Below the pieces are notes generated by a model. It made no database searches, had not been told where the DNA came from, and saw only the letters and a list, made by a program, of their open reading frames with translations. A DNA stretch of 64,000 bases from an uncultured Eubacteriales bacterium (GTDB lineage: Bacteria > Bacillota > Clostridia > TANB77 > UBA1234). The stretch is from NCBI GenBank assembly GCA_964394075.1, contig CAYMVI010000004.1, positions 28,563 to 92,562 of the forward strand, written 5' to 3'. Both the position numbers and the translations under genes were made by a program. Below are positions 9,489-19,621 of this stretch, one piece after another (position 1 is the first letter of the stretch; each line of letters starts with the position of its first letter).

Positions 9489-11879
9489 TTAATCTTGTTT
9501 CATTTTAGCAGCTTTTTCCGAATAGTCTTTTAGTTTTTCATTTACTAAATAATTAACTGTTCCGATTGTGTATTCGCCATTTTTATTTTTCTTTCCTGCA
9601 GGTACTCCTGTTAGAAGTTCAATTCCTTCGTCTATTGTCTTAACTGCATATACATGGAATTGTCCTTTCTTAACAGCTTCAATTACTTCCTCAGAAAGAT
9701 TTAAATTCTTAATGTTTTGATGAGGTATCATTACACCTTGATCACCAGTTAAACCACGTAGCTTACAGATGTTGAAGAAACCTTCAATCTTATCTGTTAC
9801 ACCACCGATTGCTTGTACTTCACCTTTTTGATTAACAGATCCAGTAACAGCAATTTCTTGTTTGATTGGTAATCCAGATAAACTTGAAAGTATCGCATAC
9901 AACTCTGTACTTGATGCACTATCTCCATCAACGCCGTTATACATTTGTTCAAAGCATAAGCTTGCAGATAATGATAATGGTCTTTCTTGAGCAAATTTTT
10001 CTCCAATGTATGCAGATAAAATCATAACACCTTTTGAGTGTGATGTTCCAGAAAGTTCAACTTCTCTTTCTACGTTTACGATACCAGTTTTACCAACATA
10101 TGTGTTAGCTGTAATCTTAGCTGGTTTTCCGAAAGAATATTCTCCAATACTCATGATTGAAAGACCATTGATTTGTCCAACTTTCTTTCCTTCAGTATCT
10201 ATCATGATTGTTCCGTTTTGAATCATTTCAATTAAACGTTGATCATATTTATTTATTCTTTCAATTCTCTCAGCAATAGCTTTTTTCACGTAAGCTGCTG
10301 TTACAACTTTTGCACCTTCCATCTTAGCCCATGTGCAAGCTTCACCGATAAGCTCTGTTATATCATTTAATTGTGTAGATAATTTATTTTGGTTTTCAAC
10401 CGCTCTTGAACAATATTCAATTACTTCAGCAACAGCACCAGCATTTAAGTGTGGAGCTTTCTCTTTCTCACAGAAGTTATGAATGAATTGTGCAATCTTA
10501 AACATATTAGCTTCTGTTCTTGGAGCTTCTTCATCAAATTCAACTTTTACTTTGAATAATTTTCTGAAGTCCTCATCATAATCTAATAATTGATAGTAAA
10601 TACTATCTGGTCCAACCAATATAACTTTAATGTTTACAGGGATTGGTTCTGGTTTTAATGAAGCAATCGCAACTGTATTCATTTGATAATCTTTTAATGT
10701 GTCTACGTATACAAGTTTTGTTCTAAGAACTCTTTTTAAAGAATCCCAAATAATTGGATTTGTTAATAAATCTCTAACTTGTAATACTAAATAACCACCA
10801 TTTGCTTGGTGAATTAAACCTGGTTTAATTAAAGTAAAATCTGTTTTTAATGTTCCAAAACTATTTTCATATTCCAGCTTTCCAAACAAATTATAGAAAG
10901 ATGTGTTTGAGTCTATAATTACTGGAGCACACTCTAATTCAGAGTTGTCAACAAACAAATTAACTTTATATTTTTCCCATGGTCTAGGAGCTTCTAACTT
11001 ACCCATAGGTCCTGGTTGACATTGTGGTTCTTCTATAAATTCATTTAAATGTGACAAAATATCTTTTTGAACATTCTTTAAGAATGTTTGAATTTTAGGA
11101 AACTTTTTATATTTGTTTCTCAACTCATTTATTTGAATACTTACTGCAAATAACGCAATGTTATTTTGCCAAGAACTCATCTTTTCATTTGCTTTGCGCT
11201 CAAGTTCTTTGATTTTTTGCATTGTTTCAATTGTAGCTTTTTGAATGTCTACAGAACGTTGTTCAAACTCAGCTTTTGTTGCTTCATCTAACGCATTAAA
11301 CTCATCTTCAGATAAAGTTTTTCCATCAATCATTGGTAAGAAATAAATTCCTGAAGGAGTATTTTTGATTTCGAAACCTTGACGCATTGCATCTTTATTT
11401 AATTTTTCTATTAACTTAACTTTCTTTTCTTCAACCGCTTGTTCAATATTATTTTTTTCAGTAGCAAAATCTTGATTATTAAATGCAGATTTTATTTCTA
11501 CTTTCATTGTCTCAATAAATTGATCAATATCCGCAGCAAATTCTTTACCCATTTTAGCAGGAAGTGAAATTGCTACCGGCTCGTTTGGATTATCAAAATT
11601 AAAAACATAGCACCAATCATCTGGTACAGGTTTTGTTTTTGCAACAGCATTTAATTTATCTCTCGCATAAATTGTTTTTCCTATACCTGTTGGTCCTTCA
11701 AGATACATGTTGTATCCTTTAATATCAATATTAAGACCAAAGTCCATTGCTTTGATTCCTCTTGTTTGTCCTATTGTTCCAACAAAAGGTTCTAGCTCCT
11801 TTGTAGTTTTAAACTTAAACGAAGCAGGATCGCAAGTTTTCTTTAATTGGTTAAAGCTAAGTTCTTTAATTCTTGACAT
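9489..11879 (-). CDS. Lon-like ATP-dependent protease (COG1067/LonB-type: AAA+ ATPase + S16 protease domain)
   Basis: Walker A LEGPTGIGKT; Lon proteolytic domain DGDSAS...VTGSVNQKGEVQAIGG; 796 aa. Confidence 0.75.
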   Translation of the reverse strand: MSRIKELSFNQLKKTCDPASFKFKTTKELEPFVGTIGQTRGIKAMDFGLNIDIKGYNMYLEGPTGIGKTIYARDKLNAVAKTKPVPDDWCYVFNFDNPNEPVAISLPAKMGKEFAADIDQFIETMKVEIKSAFNNQDFATEKNNIEQAVEEKKVKLIEKLNKDAMRQGFEIKNTPSGIYFLPMIDGKTLSEDEFNALDEATKAEFEQRSVDIQKATIETMQKIKELERKANEKMSSWQNNIALFAVSIQINELRNKYKKFPKIQTFLKNVQKDILSHLNEFIEEPQCQPGPMGKLEAPRPWEKYKVNLFVDNSELECAPVIIDSNTSFYNLFGKLEYENSFGTLKTDFTLIKPGLIHQANGGYLVLQVRDLLTNPIIWDSLKRVLRTKLVYVDTLKDYQMNTVAIASLKPEPIPVNIKVILVGPDSIYYQLLDYDEDFRKLFKVKVEFDEEAPRTEANMFKIAQFIHNFCEKEKAPHLNAGAVAEVIEYCSRAVENQNKLSTQLNDITELIGEACTWAKMEGAKVVTAAYVKKAIAERIERINKYDQRLIEMIQNGTIMIDTEGKKVGQINGLSIMSIGEYSFGKPAKITANTYVGKTGIVNVEREVELSGTSHSKGVMILSAYIGEKFAQERPLSLSASLCFEQMYNGVDGDSASSTELYAILSSLSGLPIKQEIAVTGSVNQKGEVQAIGGVTDKIEGFFNICKLRGLTGDQGVMIPHQNIKNLNLSEEVIEAVKKGQFHVYAVKTIDEGIELLTGVPAGKKNKNGEYTIGTVNYLVNEKLKDYSEKAAKMKQD

Positions 11880-11906
11880 TTTATTTCTCCTTTGTATATT
11901 GAAATT

Positions 11907-12365
11907 TTAATTCCTTATTTCTAAAGACATTACAATTGCATCTTCTCTTGTATTATCAGGATTTTTGTAATAATCCTTTCTTACTATATCTTCTTTAAAA
12001 CCAAATTTCTTATATAGTTCTTTTGCTGCTACATTACTACTACGAACTTCTAACAAAACATATGTTGTTTCATGTTCTTTGCAATACCCAAACATCGCAT
12101 TAACAAGTTCTGTAGCAATATGTTTATTTCTATATTCGTTATGTACCGCAATATTTGTTATGTGGCATTCATCCATAACAAACCAAAGACCTATAAAACC
12201 TACAACTTTTTCTTCAAGTTTAGCCACAAGATATGTAGCTAACATGTTATTTAATTCATCTTCAAAAGACTTTCTTGACCAAGGAATTGGAAATGAATTT
12301 TCACACACTTCGCATACTCCATCTATATCATCAAGTGTCATCTTTTCAATTTTAATTTTCTCCAT
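11907..12365 (-). CDS. rimI: Ribosomal-protein-alanine N-acetyltransferase RimI (GNAT)
   Basis: GNAT motifs, 152 aa, upstream of tsaB as in conserved operon. Confidence 0.8.
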   Translation of the reverse strand: MEKIKIEKMTLDDIDGVCEVCENSFPIPWSRKSFEDELNNMLATYLVAKLEEKVVGFIGLWFVMDECHITNIAVHNEYRNKHIATELVNAMFGYCKEHETTYVLLEVRSSNVAAKELYKKFGFKEDIVRKDYYKNPDNTREDAIVMSLEIRN

Positions 12366-13050
12366 CTAGCATCCTCTCCGCTTGTGATTTTTTTAGATAT
12401 AACGGATTTAATTTATCCATATCGTCAAAATCATTTTTTAATGCTCTATCTAATGCTGCTTTTGCAATTGATGAAGCTAATTGGTTGTTTAAGTGTACTG
12501 GTGCAAATGAAGCTTTGTCTGCAAATGCATTTTCAAAATTTGTTTTAAAGCTTTGTGCACCATCACCCACAAATAAAATTTTAGAATCATATTCTTTTAA
12601 GATATTGATTAGTGTCTCCAAATCTTCAGTAATATAATCACCAATTCTTGTAGGTTTTCCATTTTCATATTTATAAATTCCAGCATAAACATTATTGTTT
12701 TTTGCATCTAACACACTACATACAATTCCATCAAATTCTGTTGTGTTATACGCAAGACCTTCTAAAGTAGAAATTCCAACAACCTTCTTTTCTGCACCTA
12801 AGCAAAAACCTTTAAGCGTTGCAATTCCTATTCTAAGCCCTGTAAAAGAACCCGGTCCTAATGCACACGCCAAAACATCTATATCATCTAAATCTATTTT
12901 TGAAAATTTGCATAGTGTATCTATGATTGGTAATAATGTTTCAGAATGAGTTGTACCTGTGCTTAAGTTAAAATCACAAATAACTTTTTCTTCATTCATT
13001 ATGCATACACTACAATTTTGACCCGAAGTGTCAAGTGCTAAAATTTTCAT
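12352..13050 (-). CDS. tsaB: tRNA t6A biosynthesis protein TsaB (YeaZ)
   Basis: MKILALDTSG... inactive Kae1 paralogue, 232 aa. Confidence 0.85.
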   Translation of the reverse strand: MKILALDTSGQNCSVCIMNEEKVICDFNLSTGTTHSETLLPIIDTLCKFSKIDLDDIDVLACALGPGSFTGLRIGIATLKGFCLGAEKKVVGISTLEGLAYNTTEFDGIVCSVLDAKNNNVYAGIYKYENGKPTRIGDYITEDLETLINILKEYDSKILFVGDGAQSFKTNFENAFADKASFAPVHLNNQLASSIAKAALDRALKNDFDDMDKLNPLYLKKSQAERMLDGEN

Positions 13051-13051
13051 T

Positions 13052-13513
13052 TTAAATTACCTCCTTAAACAATTCATCATAACGATTACTTGTTGTACTA
13101 AATGAAAAAATTCTTTTACCATCTTCTTCAGTATCTTTTTTTATATTTATTCTAAGCACATCCTTAGGTAAATATTCTTCTATTTTTTCTCCCCACTCGA
13201 TAAGACAAATTCCTTTTTCAAAAAATTCATCTCCGCCAATTGCTAAAAATTCTTCTGGCGATTCAAGTCTGTATACATCAAAATGAAAAAGCTTCAAATC
13301 TTCCTTTAAATCATACTCATTTACTATAGTGAATGTTGGACTTGAAACTTCATCTTTCTTTTCATAAAAATCTAATATTCCCGTTGTAAACAAAGTCTTA
13401 CCAGCACCAAGATCGCCTGTCATAACAAGCACATCACCTTTTTTCAAAAGCGGTGCAATCTTGCGCCCTAAAGCCAATGTTTCTTCTGCGGAATTTGAAA
13501 TAACATCATACAT
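13052..13513 (-). CDS. tsaE: tRNA t6A ATPase TsaE (YjeE)
   Basis: Walker A TGDLGAGKT, 153 aa. Confidence 0.85.
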   Translation of the reverse strand: MYDVISNSAEETLALGRKIAPLLKKGDVLVMTGDLGAGKTLFTTGILDFYEKKDEVSSPTFTIVNEYDLKEDLKLFHFDVYRLESPEEFLAIGGDEFFEKGICLIEWGEKIEEYLPKDVLRINIKKDTEEDGKRIFSFSTTSNRYDELFKEVI

Positions 13514-13609
13514 ACAAAATAAAACTCCTTTTACATATTATTTCACGATTATTTTATACCAAATATTTCAAAGTGTAAACCCAAAAAAACGGAATCTTGT
13601 CCAAACGAG

Positions 13610-13708
13610 TGACCAAACAGGGACGCCCTCATTTGGACACTTCTCAACCAACATTTTCATGTTTGAAAGTTTTTGAAGTGTCCAAATGAGGGCGTCCCTG
13701 TTTGGTCA
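13610..13708. repeat. Palindromic repeat element, copy A: perfect 34-bp inverted repeat (TGACCAAACAGGGACGCCCTCATTTGGACACTTC) flanking a ~31-nt loop
   Basis: Arms 13610-13643 and 13675-13708 are exact reverse complements; GC-rich core in AT-rich intergenic DNA; the same core occurs at 48087-48202. Confidence 0.9.
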
Positions 13709-13711
13709 TTT

Positions 13712-14410
13712 CTAATTCATTATTTCATTTGCTTGTTCTAAAGTTATTTCTCCATACTCAAGCATTTTGTCTAACACTTGTCGTTGTCTTTGTTTGGCCA
13801 AGTCCGGATTTACTGTTGGTGCATATACGGATGGTGCATTGGGAATTCCAGCAAGCATTGTTGCTTCATCCAAATTCATATCTATTGGTTCTTTATCAAA
13901 GTATGTCATGCTCGCATCATATACAGTATAACATCCTTCTCCAAAGTAACTTGTGTTTAGATATAATTCTAAAATTTCATCTTTTGTACATTCACTTTCT
14001 ATTTTAAATGCCATAAACATTTCTGCAATTTTTCTTTCAATCTTTTTTTCCTGTGTGAAGTATGTATTTTTCGCAAGCTGTTGAGTTATTGTGCTTCCGC
14101 CTTCAACAAAACTACCTTCTTGAATATCTCGTTTTATTGCACGTGCAATAGAAATAATATCTATTCCACCATGAGAATAAAACCTTCTATCTTCTACAGT
14201 TATAACAGCTTTTTTATAATAAGCTGGCATTTCAGAAATTTCGGTATATGATTCTTTTTCTTTAATTTGCGATATCATTTCTTGAACACTTTTTTCAGCA
14301 AGTGCAGTTTCATATATCGTATAACCTTTGTATACAACTAAGCCACATGTTACAACAATAAACACTATGCAAATTAATAAAATCCCCTTAATAAAATTAA
14401 GTAACTTCAT
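13712..14410 (-). CDS. Monofunctional peptidoglycan glycosyltransferase (GT51, MtgA-like), membrane-anchored
   Basis: N-terminal TM then EDRRFYSHGGID...GGSTITQQLAKN GT51 motifs; 232 aa. Confidence 0.8.
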   Translation of the reverse strand: MKLLNFIKGILLICIVFIVVTCGLVVYKGYTIYETALAEKSVQEMISQIKEKESYTEISEMPAYYKKAVITVEDRRFYSHGGIDIISIARAIKRDIQEGSFVEGGSTITQQLAKNTYFTQEKKIERKIAEMFMAFKIESECTKDEILELYLNTSYFGEGCYTVYDASMTYFDKEPIDMNLDEATMLAGIPNAPSVYAPTVNPDLAKQRQRQVLDKMLEYGEITLEQANEIMN

Positions 14411-14444
14411 CTATTAGCTCGTTTCCTTTCGCTAAGCACATATA

Positions 14445-15158
14445 CTATGATAAAACTACAAGAGCATTAAGTTTGTCATTTACTTTTAATGCCACTATTT
14501 CTTTTCCCTCTTCATTTTTATAATATACATGCACATCTTCTCCGTACATTATTTCCTTTTTAAACTCTATCAATACATTATCAAAATTATTAATGCTTTC
14601 ATCAAAGTTAGGTATAATTTCAAACGCTACATCTAAGTAATTTGAATTATGAAAATGTCCATTAACATCTATGTCTGACTCTTTTATTTGATATTGTTTT
14701 TCTAATGTATATTCACCCGGTTCTCTCACTCTTGGCAGCTCTTCTCCAAAAGCATTTCTATCTTCAGGTTGATACGCATTTGAAAGTTCATCATCAAATC
14801 TTACAGGACGTCTTGTTTCTAAGTTTATTAGACACCATTTTGAAGATGCAACAATTATTTTTTCGTTATCTGAATTATACACTTCAAAATCTCTAACCGA
14901 TGTTATTCCATCAGATTTTCTAACCCATGTTTTTACTAAAATTTCATCATCAAGTTTTGGTCTTTTTATAAAATTAATTCTCCAAGTTAATAATACCCAA
15001 GATAATTTTTTTGCCATCAATGCATCTGCACCATTGCCAATCATATCAGAATGTATGCCACCCATTTCAGTAAGCATCTCAAATAGTTCTTGTGTTCTAA
15101 ATTCTTGAGCTCCATTTACTTGTTGTTCATTTATAATATATTTCTTTTCTACTATCAT
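14445..15158 (-). CDS. Acyl-ACP thioesterase (FatA/FatB family)
   Basis: 237 aa, double hot-dog thioesterase pattern (…WVRKSDGITSVRDFEV…NGHFHNSNY). Confidence 0.7.
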   Translation of the reverse strand: MIVEKKYIINEQQVNGAQEFRTQELFEMLTEMGGIHSDMIGNGADALMAKKLSWVLLTWRINFIKRPKLDDEILVKTWVRKSDGITSVRDFEVYNSDNEKIIVASSKWCLINLETRRPVRFDDELSNAYQPEDRNAFGEELPRVREPGEYTLEKQYQIKESDIDVNGHFHNSNYLDVAFEIIPNFDESINNFDNVLIEFKKEIMYGEDVHVYYKNEEGKEIVALKVNDKLNALVVLS

Positions 15159-15229
15159 ACTCCACCTCTCAAACGAGCTGATTATAGCATACTTTACTCT
15201 ATTTTGGCAATTTTAACGAAAGTTTCACA

Positions 15230-16705
15230 TTATAAAATTATACAGATTAACCCTCCACTTCCCTCATTAATAATTTTTTCAAGTGTTTCTTGTAACTTAC
15301 ATTGTGCATCCTCAGGCATTTTCGCAAGTTTAGTTTGTAATCCTTCATTTACTAATTCATGTAGTGATTTTCCAAAAATATTTGACTCCCAAATTTTTAT
15401 AGGATCATCTTCAAATTCTTTCAGTAAATAGTTGACCAATTCTTCTGATTGTTTTTCACTACCTACTATCGGAGAAACTTCTGTTTCAATTTCAGCTCTT
15501 ACTATGTGCAAGCTTGGAGCTTTTGCTTTTAATTTAACTCCAAACTTTGAACCTTGTTTTACTATTTCTGGCTCTGCCAAGCTCAAATCTTCTATATCCG
15601 GAGATACAATTCCATATCCTTTTCTTTTAACATCGTTTAATGCTTTTTCTATTTTGTCATAACTTTTTTTACTTTGAGAAAGATTAGTTACAACAGAAAA
15701 TAGATCTCCTTCTTCTTCAACTTTTATTCCAGAAAGTTCGCTTAGAATTTTATAAAATAATTCTTGATTAATTTTTACATCAACACTTGTGTTTCCTGTA
15801 CCCATTGAAATCGCTTCGACACTAACATTTTCAAACTCATCTGGATATTCCAAATTATCTACTACGTTTCTCACCTGTCTTAAATTTTTTATAGATTTAA
15901 AATTATTCTTTGCAAAATTTCTAATTTTTTCTTTCAGCCAATATTCATCTTCCAAAGCATCTATCCACTTTGGTAATTTAAATGTGATTTCATTTATAGG
16001 AAACTCATATAACACATTTTCTATAATAGTATTAATATCATTTTCAGAAAGCATTGCACAATTTATTGGCAATATAGGCACATCATATTTTTGATTTAAT
16101 TCATTCGTTAAATTTATTGCATTTTCAGAATACGGATTATCTGTATTTAAAATTACCACGAATGGTTTGCCTTGATTTTTCAACTCATTAATCACGCGTT
16201 CTTCTGCTCGTAAATAATCATTTCTCCCAAACTCCGTAACACTTCCATCTGTTGTTACTACAACTCCAATTGTAGAATGTTCATCGATTACTTTTTTAGT
16301 TCCTATTTCAGCTGCTTCCGCAAATGGAATTTGTCTTTCGGACCAAGGCGTATTCACCATTCGTGGCGCATCATCTTCCATATGACCAATTGCATTTTCT
16401 GTTAAATACCCCACGCAGTCTATCATTCTCATGTTAAATTTTAAATTGCCAATCGAAACTTCCACAGCTTCATTAGGAACAAATTTAGGTTCTGTTGTCA
16501 TTATTGTTTTTCCATTTGAACTTTGCGGCAATTCATCCAGAGCTCTTTCTTTTTTGTGTTCATCCTTGATATTTGGTATCACCGCCATATTCATAAAGTT
16601 TTTTATAAAAGTAGATTTTCCTGTACGCACCGGGCCAACCACTCCTATATATATTTCGCCATTCGTCCTTGTAGCAATGTCGCCGTATATATCATAATTA
16701 TTCAT
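15230..16705 (-). CDS. spoIVA: Stage IV sporulation protein A (spore coat morphogenetic ATPase)
   Basis: N-terminus ...GEIYIGVVGPVRTGKSTFIKNFM... resembles the SpoIVA Walker A region; 491 aa. Confidence 0.9.
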   Translation of the reverse strand: MNNYDIYGDIATRTNGEIYIGVVGPVRTGKSTFIKNFMNMAVIPNIKDEHKKERALDELPQSSNGKTIMTTEPKFVPNEAVEVSIGNLKFNMRMIDCVGYLTENAIGHMEDDAPRMVNTPWSERQIPFAEAAEIGTKKVIDEHSTIGVVVTTDGSVTEFGRNDYLRAEERVINELKNQGKPFVVILNTDNPYSENAINLTNELNQKYDVPILPINCAMLSENDINTIIENVLYEFPINEITFKLPKWIDALEDEYWLKEKIRNFAKNNFKSIKNLRQVRNVVDNLEYPDEFENVSVEAISMGTGNTSVDVKINQELFYKILSELSGIKVEEEGDLFSVVTNLSQSKKSYDKIEKALNDVKRKGYGIVSPDIEDLSLAEPEIVKQGSKFGVKLKAKAPSLHIVRAEIETEVSPIVGSEKQSEELVNYLLKEFEDDPIKIWESNIFGKSLHELVNEGLQTKLAKMPEDAQCKLQETLEKIINEGSGGLICIIL

Positions 16706-16782
16706 ACACTACCTCCTTGTACTCTCTGTACACATTTGTTTAGTTAAATATATGTACGAGCAAAAGGATTATTCCATCAAAA

Positions 16783-16822
16783 CACAAAAGACGGGATGAA
16801 CCTTAAGTTCATTCCCGTCTTT
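16783..16822 (-). terminator. Intrinsic terminator after small lipoprotein gene
   Basis: GACGGGATGAAC-CTTAA-GTTCAT(T)CCCGTC hairpin followed by T-run on minus strand. Confidence 0.6.
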
Positions 16823-16839
16823 GCATCAACAGATATGCA

Positions 16840-17192
16840 TTATCCCGGCAAAAGAAGTTCCTTCTTTACCAGTTCGCGATCTTCATTGTAACCGCGGTAC
16901 AGAATTACTGTAATAGTATCGCCTTCCGAAACATTCTCATATAACGCTTGATTATTAAAGGTTTGTGCCATGTCTTCGTATACAATTGTGACATTATACT
17001 GGGCTGGATGAAACTGAGGTGACATCATAGTTACCTTGCCGACGCGCATAGGAATATATGTGGTATAACTGCTCTTATATTCTTTTTCCGTCACGGTGGC
17101 AGTCACTTCAAAAGTTTCCTCTTCTACGATTTTTTGACATCCTGCCAAAAGGATACACAAGATGATGGTTGATACTAAAATTATCCGTTTCA
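16840..17192 (-). CDS. Small lipoprotein, unknown function (GC-enriched gene)
   Basis: MKRIILVSTIILCILLAGC lipobox signal; strong RBS GGAGGA; about 40% GC by eye vs ~30% flanks. Confidence 0.65.
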
Positions 17193-17316
17193 TTTTTTCC
17201 TCCTCAAATTTAGTTGGTGGATAGACGTACAGAGATATTGCCAAGAATATTTTACACTTGTTTACATAAAAAATCAAGTGGTATTAGCACTACAACCCTA
17301 CATTTTATCTATACAA

Positions 17317-17343
17317 AAAAGCCTCACAAAAGTGAGGCTTTTA
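17317..17343 (-). terminator. Bidirectional intrinsic terminator (downstream of GT4 gene)
   Basis: AAAAGCCTCAC-AAAA-GTGAGGCTTTT. Confidence 0.7.
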
Positions 17344-17347
17344 ATAA

Positions 17348-18688
17348 TTAAGATTGTTTAGCTAATTTTTGTCTTACCGGATTGTGTAAAGCTTGAATTT
17401 CTTTATCTGTTGTACCAGTAGTAATTGTTGTATCTCTTCCGTTTACTTCTACTGCTGTGCCCATGCTTTCTGCTGTAGCAAGTGAAGAAAGTTTTACCTT
17501 GTTCTTTGCATCAGATTTAGCCATAGCAATAGTTTTCTTATATACATCCATTGTCTTTTTACTGATTGTCTCCCAGTTGAATTCGCTTACAACTTTTTCG
17601 TGAGCTTTCTTTGACATTCTCTCGCAAAGTTTTTCATCGAATAAACATTCTAGAATTGAGTCAGCTAATGAATTTGGATTACCAGCATAAGATTTCATTC
17701 CATCGATACCATGAGATATAATTTCGTTTAATCCACCTGTATCTGAAACTACTGTAGCAGCTCCTGCAAGCATACCTTCTAATGCAACAATTCCGAATGG
17801 CTCATATAAGCTTGGGAATGTAGCAATATCTATAGCTTTATACATCTTTGTTATTTGAACATCATTCAAATAACCTGTGAAGTATACTTTACTGTCTAAA
17901 CCTAAATAACTTGTTAATCCCTTTAATTCATCTAGGCAAGGTCCACGACCAGCAATTACAAATTTAACATTTGGATAATTTGCTAAAATCTTTGGTGCTG
18001 CATTTAACAACACTTGGATTCCTTTTTCATTAACAATTCTGCCTGCGAAGAATATGATTTTTTCATAATCAGCAGCATAGTTTCTTCTAAAATCCCAATC
18101 TCTTTCTTTTCCTTCGAATTTGTTAACATTAATACCATTTGGTACTACGAAAACATTTTCAGATGGTTTTCCGAACAAGTTTTTAATTTCGTTTTTCATA
18201 AACATACTGTTACAAATTACATTTGAAGCTTCGTATGTTAACATCCATTCAACATCATTTACATATCCTTGTGAACTGTTGTGGATACCTCTATTTCTAC
18301 CACTCTCTGTGGCATGAATTGTAGCAACTAATGGTAATTTATAAGTTTTCTTAATTGCTCTTGCAGCATAAGCAACAAGCCAATCATGAGCATGTACTAT
18401 ATTAAATTTTCCGTACTCTTTAATAACATCTGCAGCTTTTTCGACCATGCAGAAATTAAGTTGCATTACCCAATCGATAAAGTTATTTGCATTGATAGGA
18501 TAATTTGTAACTCTATGTACAAATACTTCTCCATCTTTTTCAAATTCTTTAGTATCTCCTTCTTGGTATGTGATTACATGAACTTCATGACCTTGTTTTG
18601 CAAAAGTATGTGATAAATCATGAACTACTCTCGCAATACCTCCAACAATTCTTGGTGGGTACTCCCATGAAAGCATCATTATTTTCAT
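17348..18688 (-). CDS. GT4/GT5-type glycosyltransferase, putative alpha-glucan (glycogen) synthase, with ~60-aa C-terminal extension
   Basis: MKIMMLSWEYPPRIVGGIARVV N-terminus typical of retaining GT-B glycosyltransferases; located in alpha-glucan locus. Confidence 0.55.
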   Translation of the reverse strand: MKIMMLSWEYPPRIVGGIARVVHDLSHTFAKQGHEVHVITYQEGDTKEFEKDGEVFVHRVTNYPINANNFIDWVMQLNFCMVEKAADVIKEYGKFNIVHAHDWLVAYAARAIKKTYKLPLVATIHATESGRNRGIHNSSQGYVNDVEWMLTYEASNVICNSMFMKNEIKNLFGKPSENVFVVPNGINVNKFEGKERDWDFRRNYAADYEKIIFFAGRIVNEKGIQVLLNAAPKILANYPNVKFVIAGRGPCLDELKGLTSYLGLDSKVYFTGYLNDVQITKMYKAIDIATFPSLYEPFGIVALEGMLAGAATVVSDTGGLNEIISHGIDGMKSYAGNPNSLADSILECLFDEKLCERMSKKAHEKVVSEFNWETISKKTMDVYKKTIAMAKSDAKNKVKLSSLATAESMGTAVEVNGRDTTITTGTTDKEIQALHNPVRQKLAKQS

Positions 18689-18996
18689 ATTACGAACCCC
18701 TTTCGTTCTTCGTTTGTTTCTAGGACTTTTTTCCCTCTTTAATCATTTCGATTGTATATTAACAAAATTAAAAAGTAAACAATTTTGACAAATTATTTTT
18801 TAATACTTTTTTATATTTGTTTTTGGTTTTCATTACTAGCATTTTACCCATTTTTTCTCCCTAATTTTTCGCTAAGATTTTTTTCTTTTTACTTGCTATT
18901 TGTTTTATGTTGATATATTATTTATTAGTAATAAATTCGTATTAGTGGTTTTTTGACTTTACGTAAGATAAAAATTTTAAGAGGGAGGCCGTATTG

Positions 18997-19566
18997 GTGC
19001 GTTTACTAAAGACAGAGTATTATGAATTACCAACTAAATATGACAGAACCATCGTGCGACTTCTTGTTCAATCACCTACTAGAATGTATGTTTACTGGGA
19101 TGTTTCAGATGATTCTATAAGAGATTTCGAAAAAACAAATAATGATTATTCTAATTCTACACCAGTATTAAGAATCACTAATAAAACTATGAATTATACT
19201 TACGATGTTCCTATCGATCCTTTTACAAACAATTATTATATTGAAACAAAAGATGCTGATTGCGAATATCAAGTTGAACTTGGTAGAGTTGCAAAGAACC
19301 AATTCATAAATATCTATACATCAAACACTGTAAAAGTTCCGCGTAATGCACCTGTACCATTTGATGAAAATCAAGAAATTATATATAGAAATTATATTAG
19401 ACTTGACGTGTCTGATAAGTTTACTCTATATCGCAAAGATAAAAGACGTGAATATAACCTTGATGGAAAACATCCTCAAGATTATTCAGCTCTTGCATTT
19501 TCTACAGAAGATACAAACGGAATTAGTTCTATGGAAAATGTAAGTTCGTTTACAAGATACGAATAA
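18997..19566 (+). CDS. DUF4912-like protein (family frequently encoded next to GH57 genes)
   Basis: ~190 aa, YYELP...RLLVQSPTRMYVYWDVS pattern; RBS AGAGGGAGG; GTG/TTG start. Confidence 0.5.
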   Translation: MRLLKTEYYELPTKYDRTIVRLLVQSPTRMYVYWDVSDDSIRDFEKTNNDYSNSTPVLRITNKTMNYTYDVPIDPFTNNYYIETKDADCEYQVELGRVAKNQFINIYTSNTVKVPRNAPVPFDENQEIIYRNYIRLDVSDKFTLYRKDKRREYNLDGKHPQDYSALAFSTEDTNGISSMENVSSFTRYE

Positions 19567-19621
19567 TAACAACGACGCGAGTACACATTAAAACTCGCGT
19601 CTTTTTAATATCACAGAAAGG

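Noticed and set aside
16706-16790. Possible sigma-E-type promoter for spoIVA (ATATATT...N14...TGTACAGA on minus strand)
   Set aside because: -10 element fits the sigma-E consensus (CATACA-T) only loosely; cannot be supported from sequence alone
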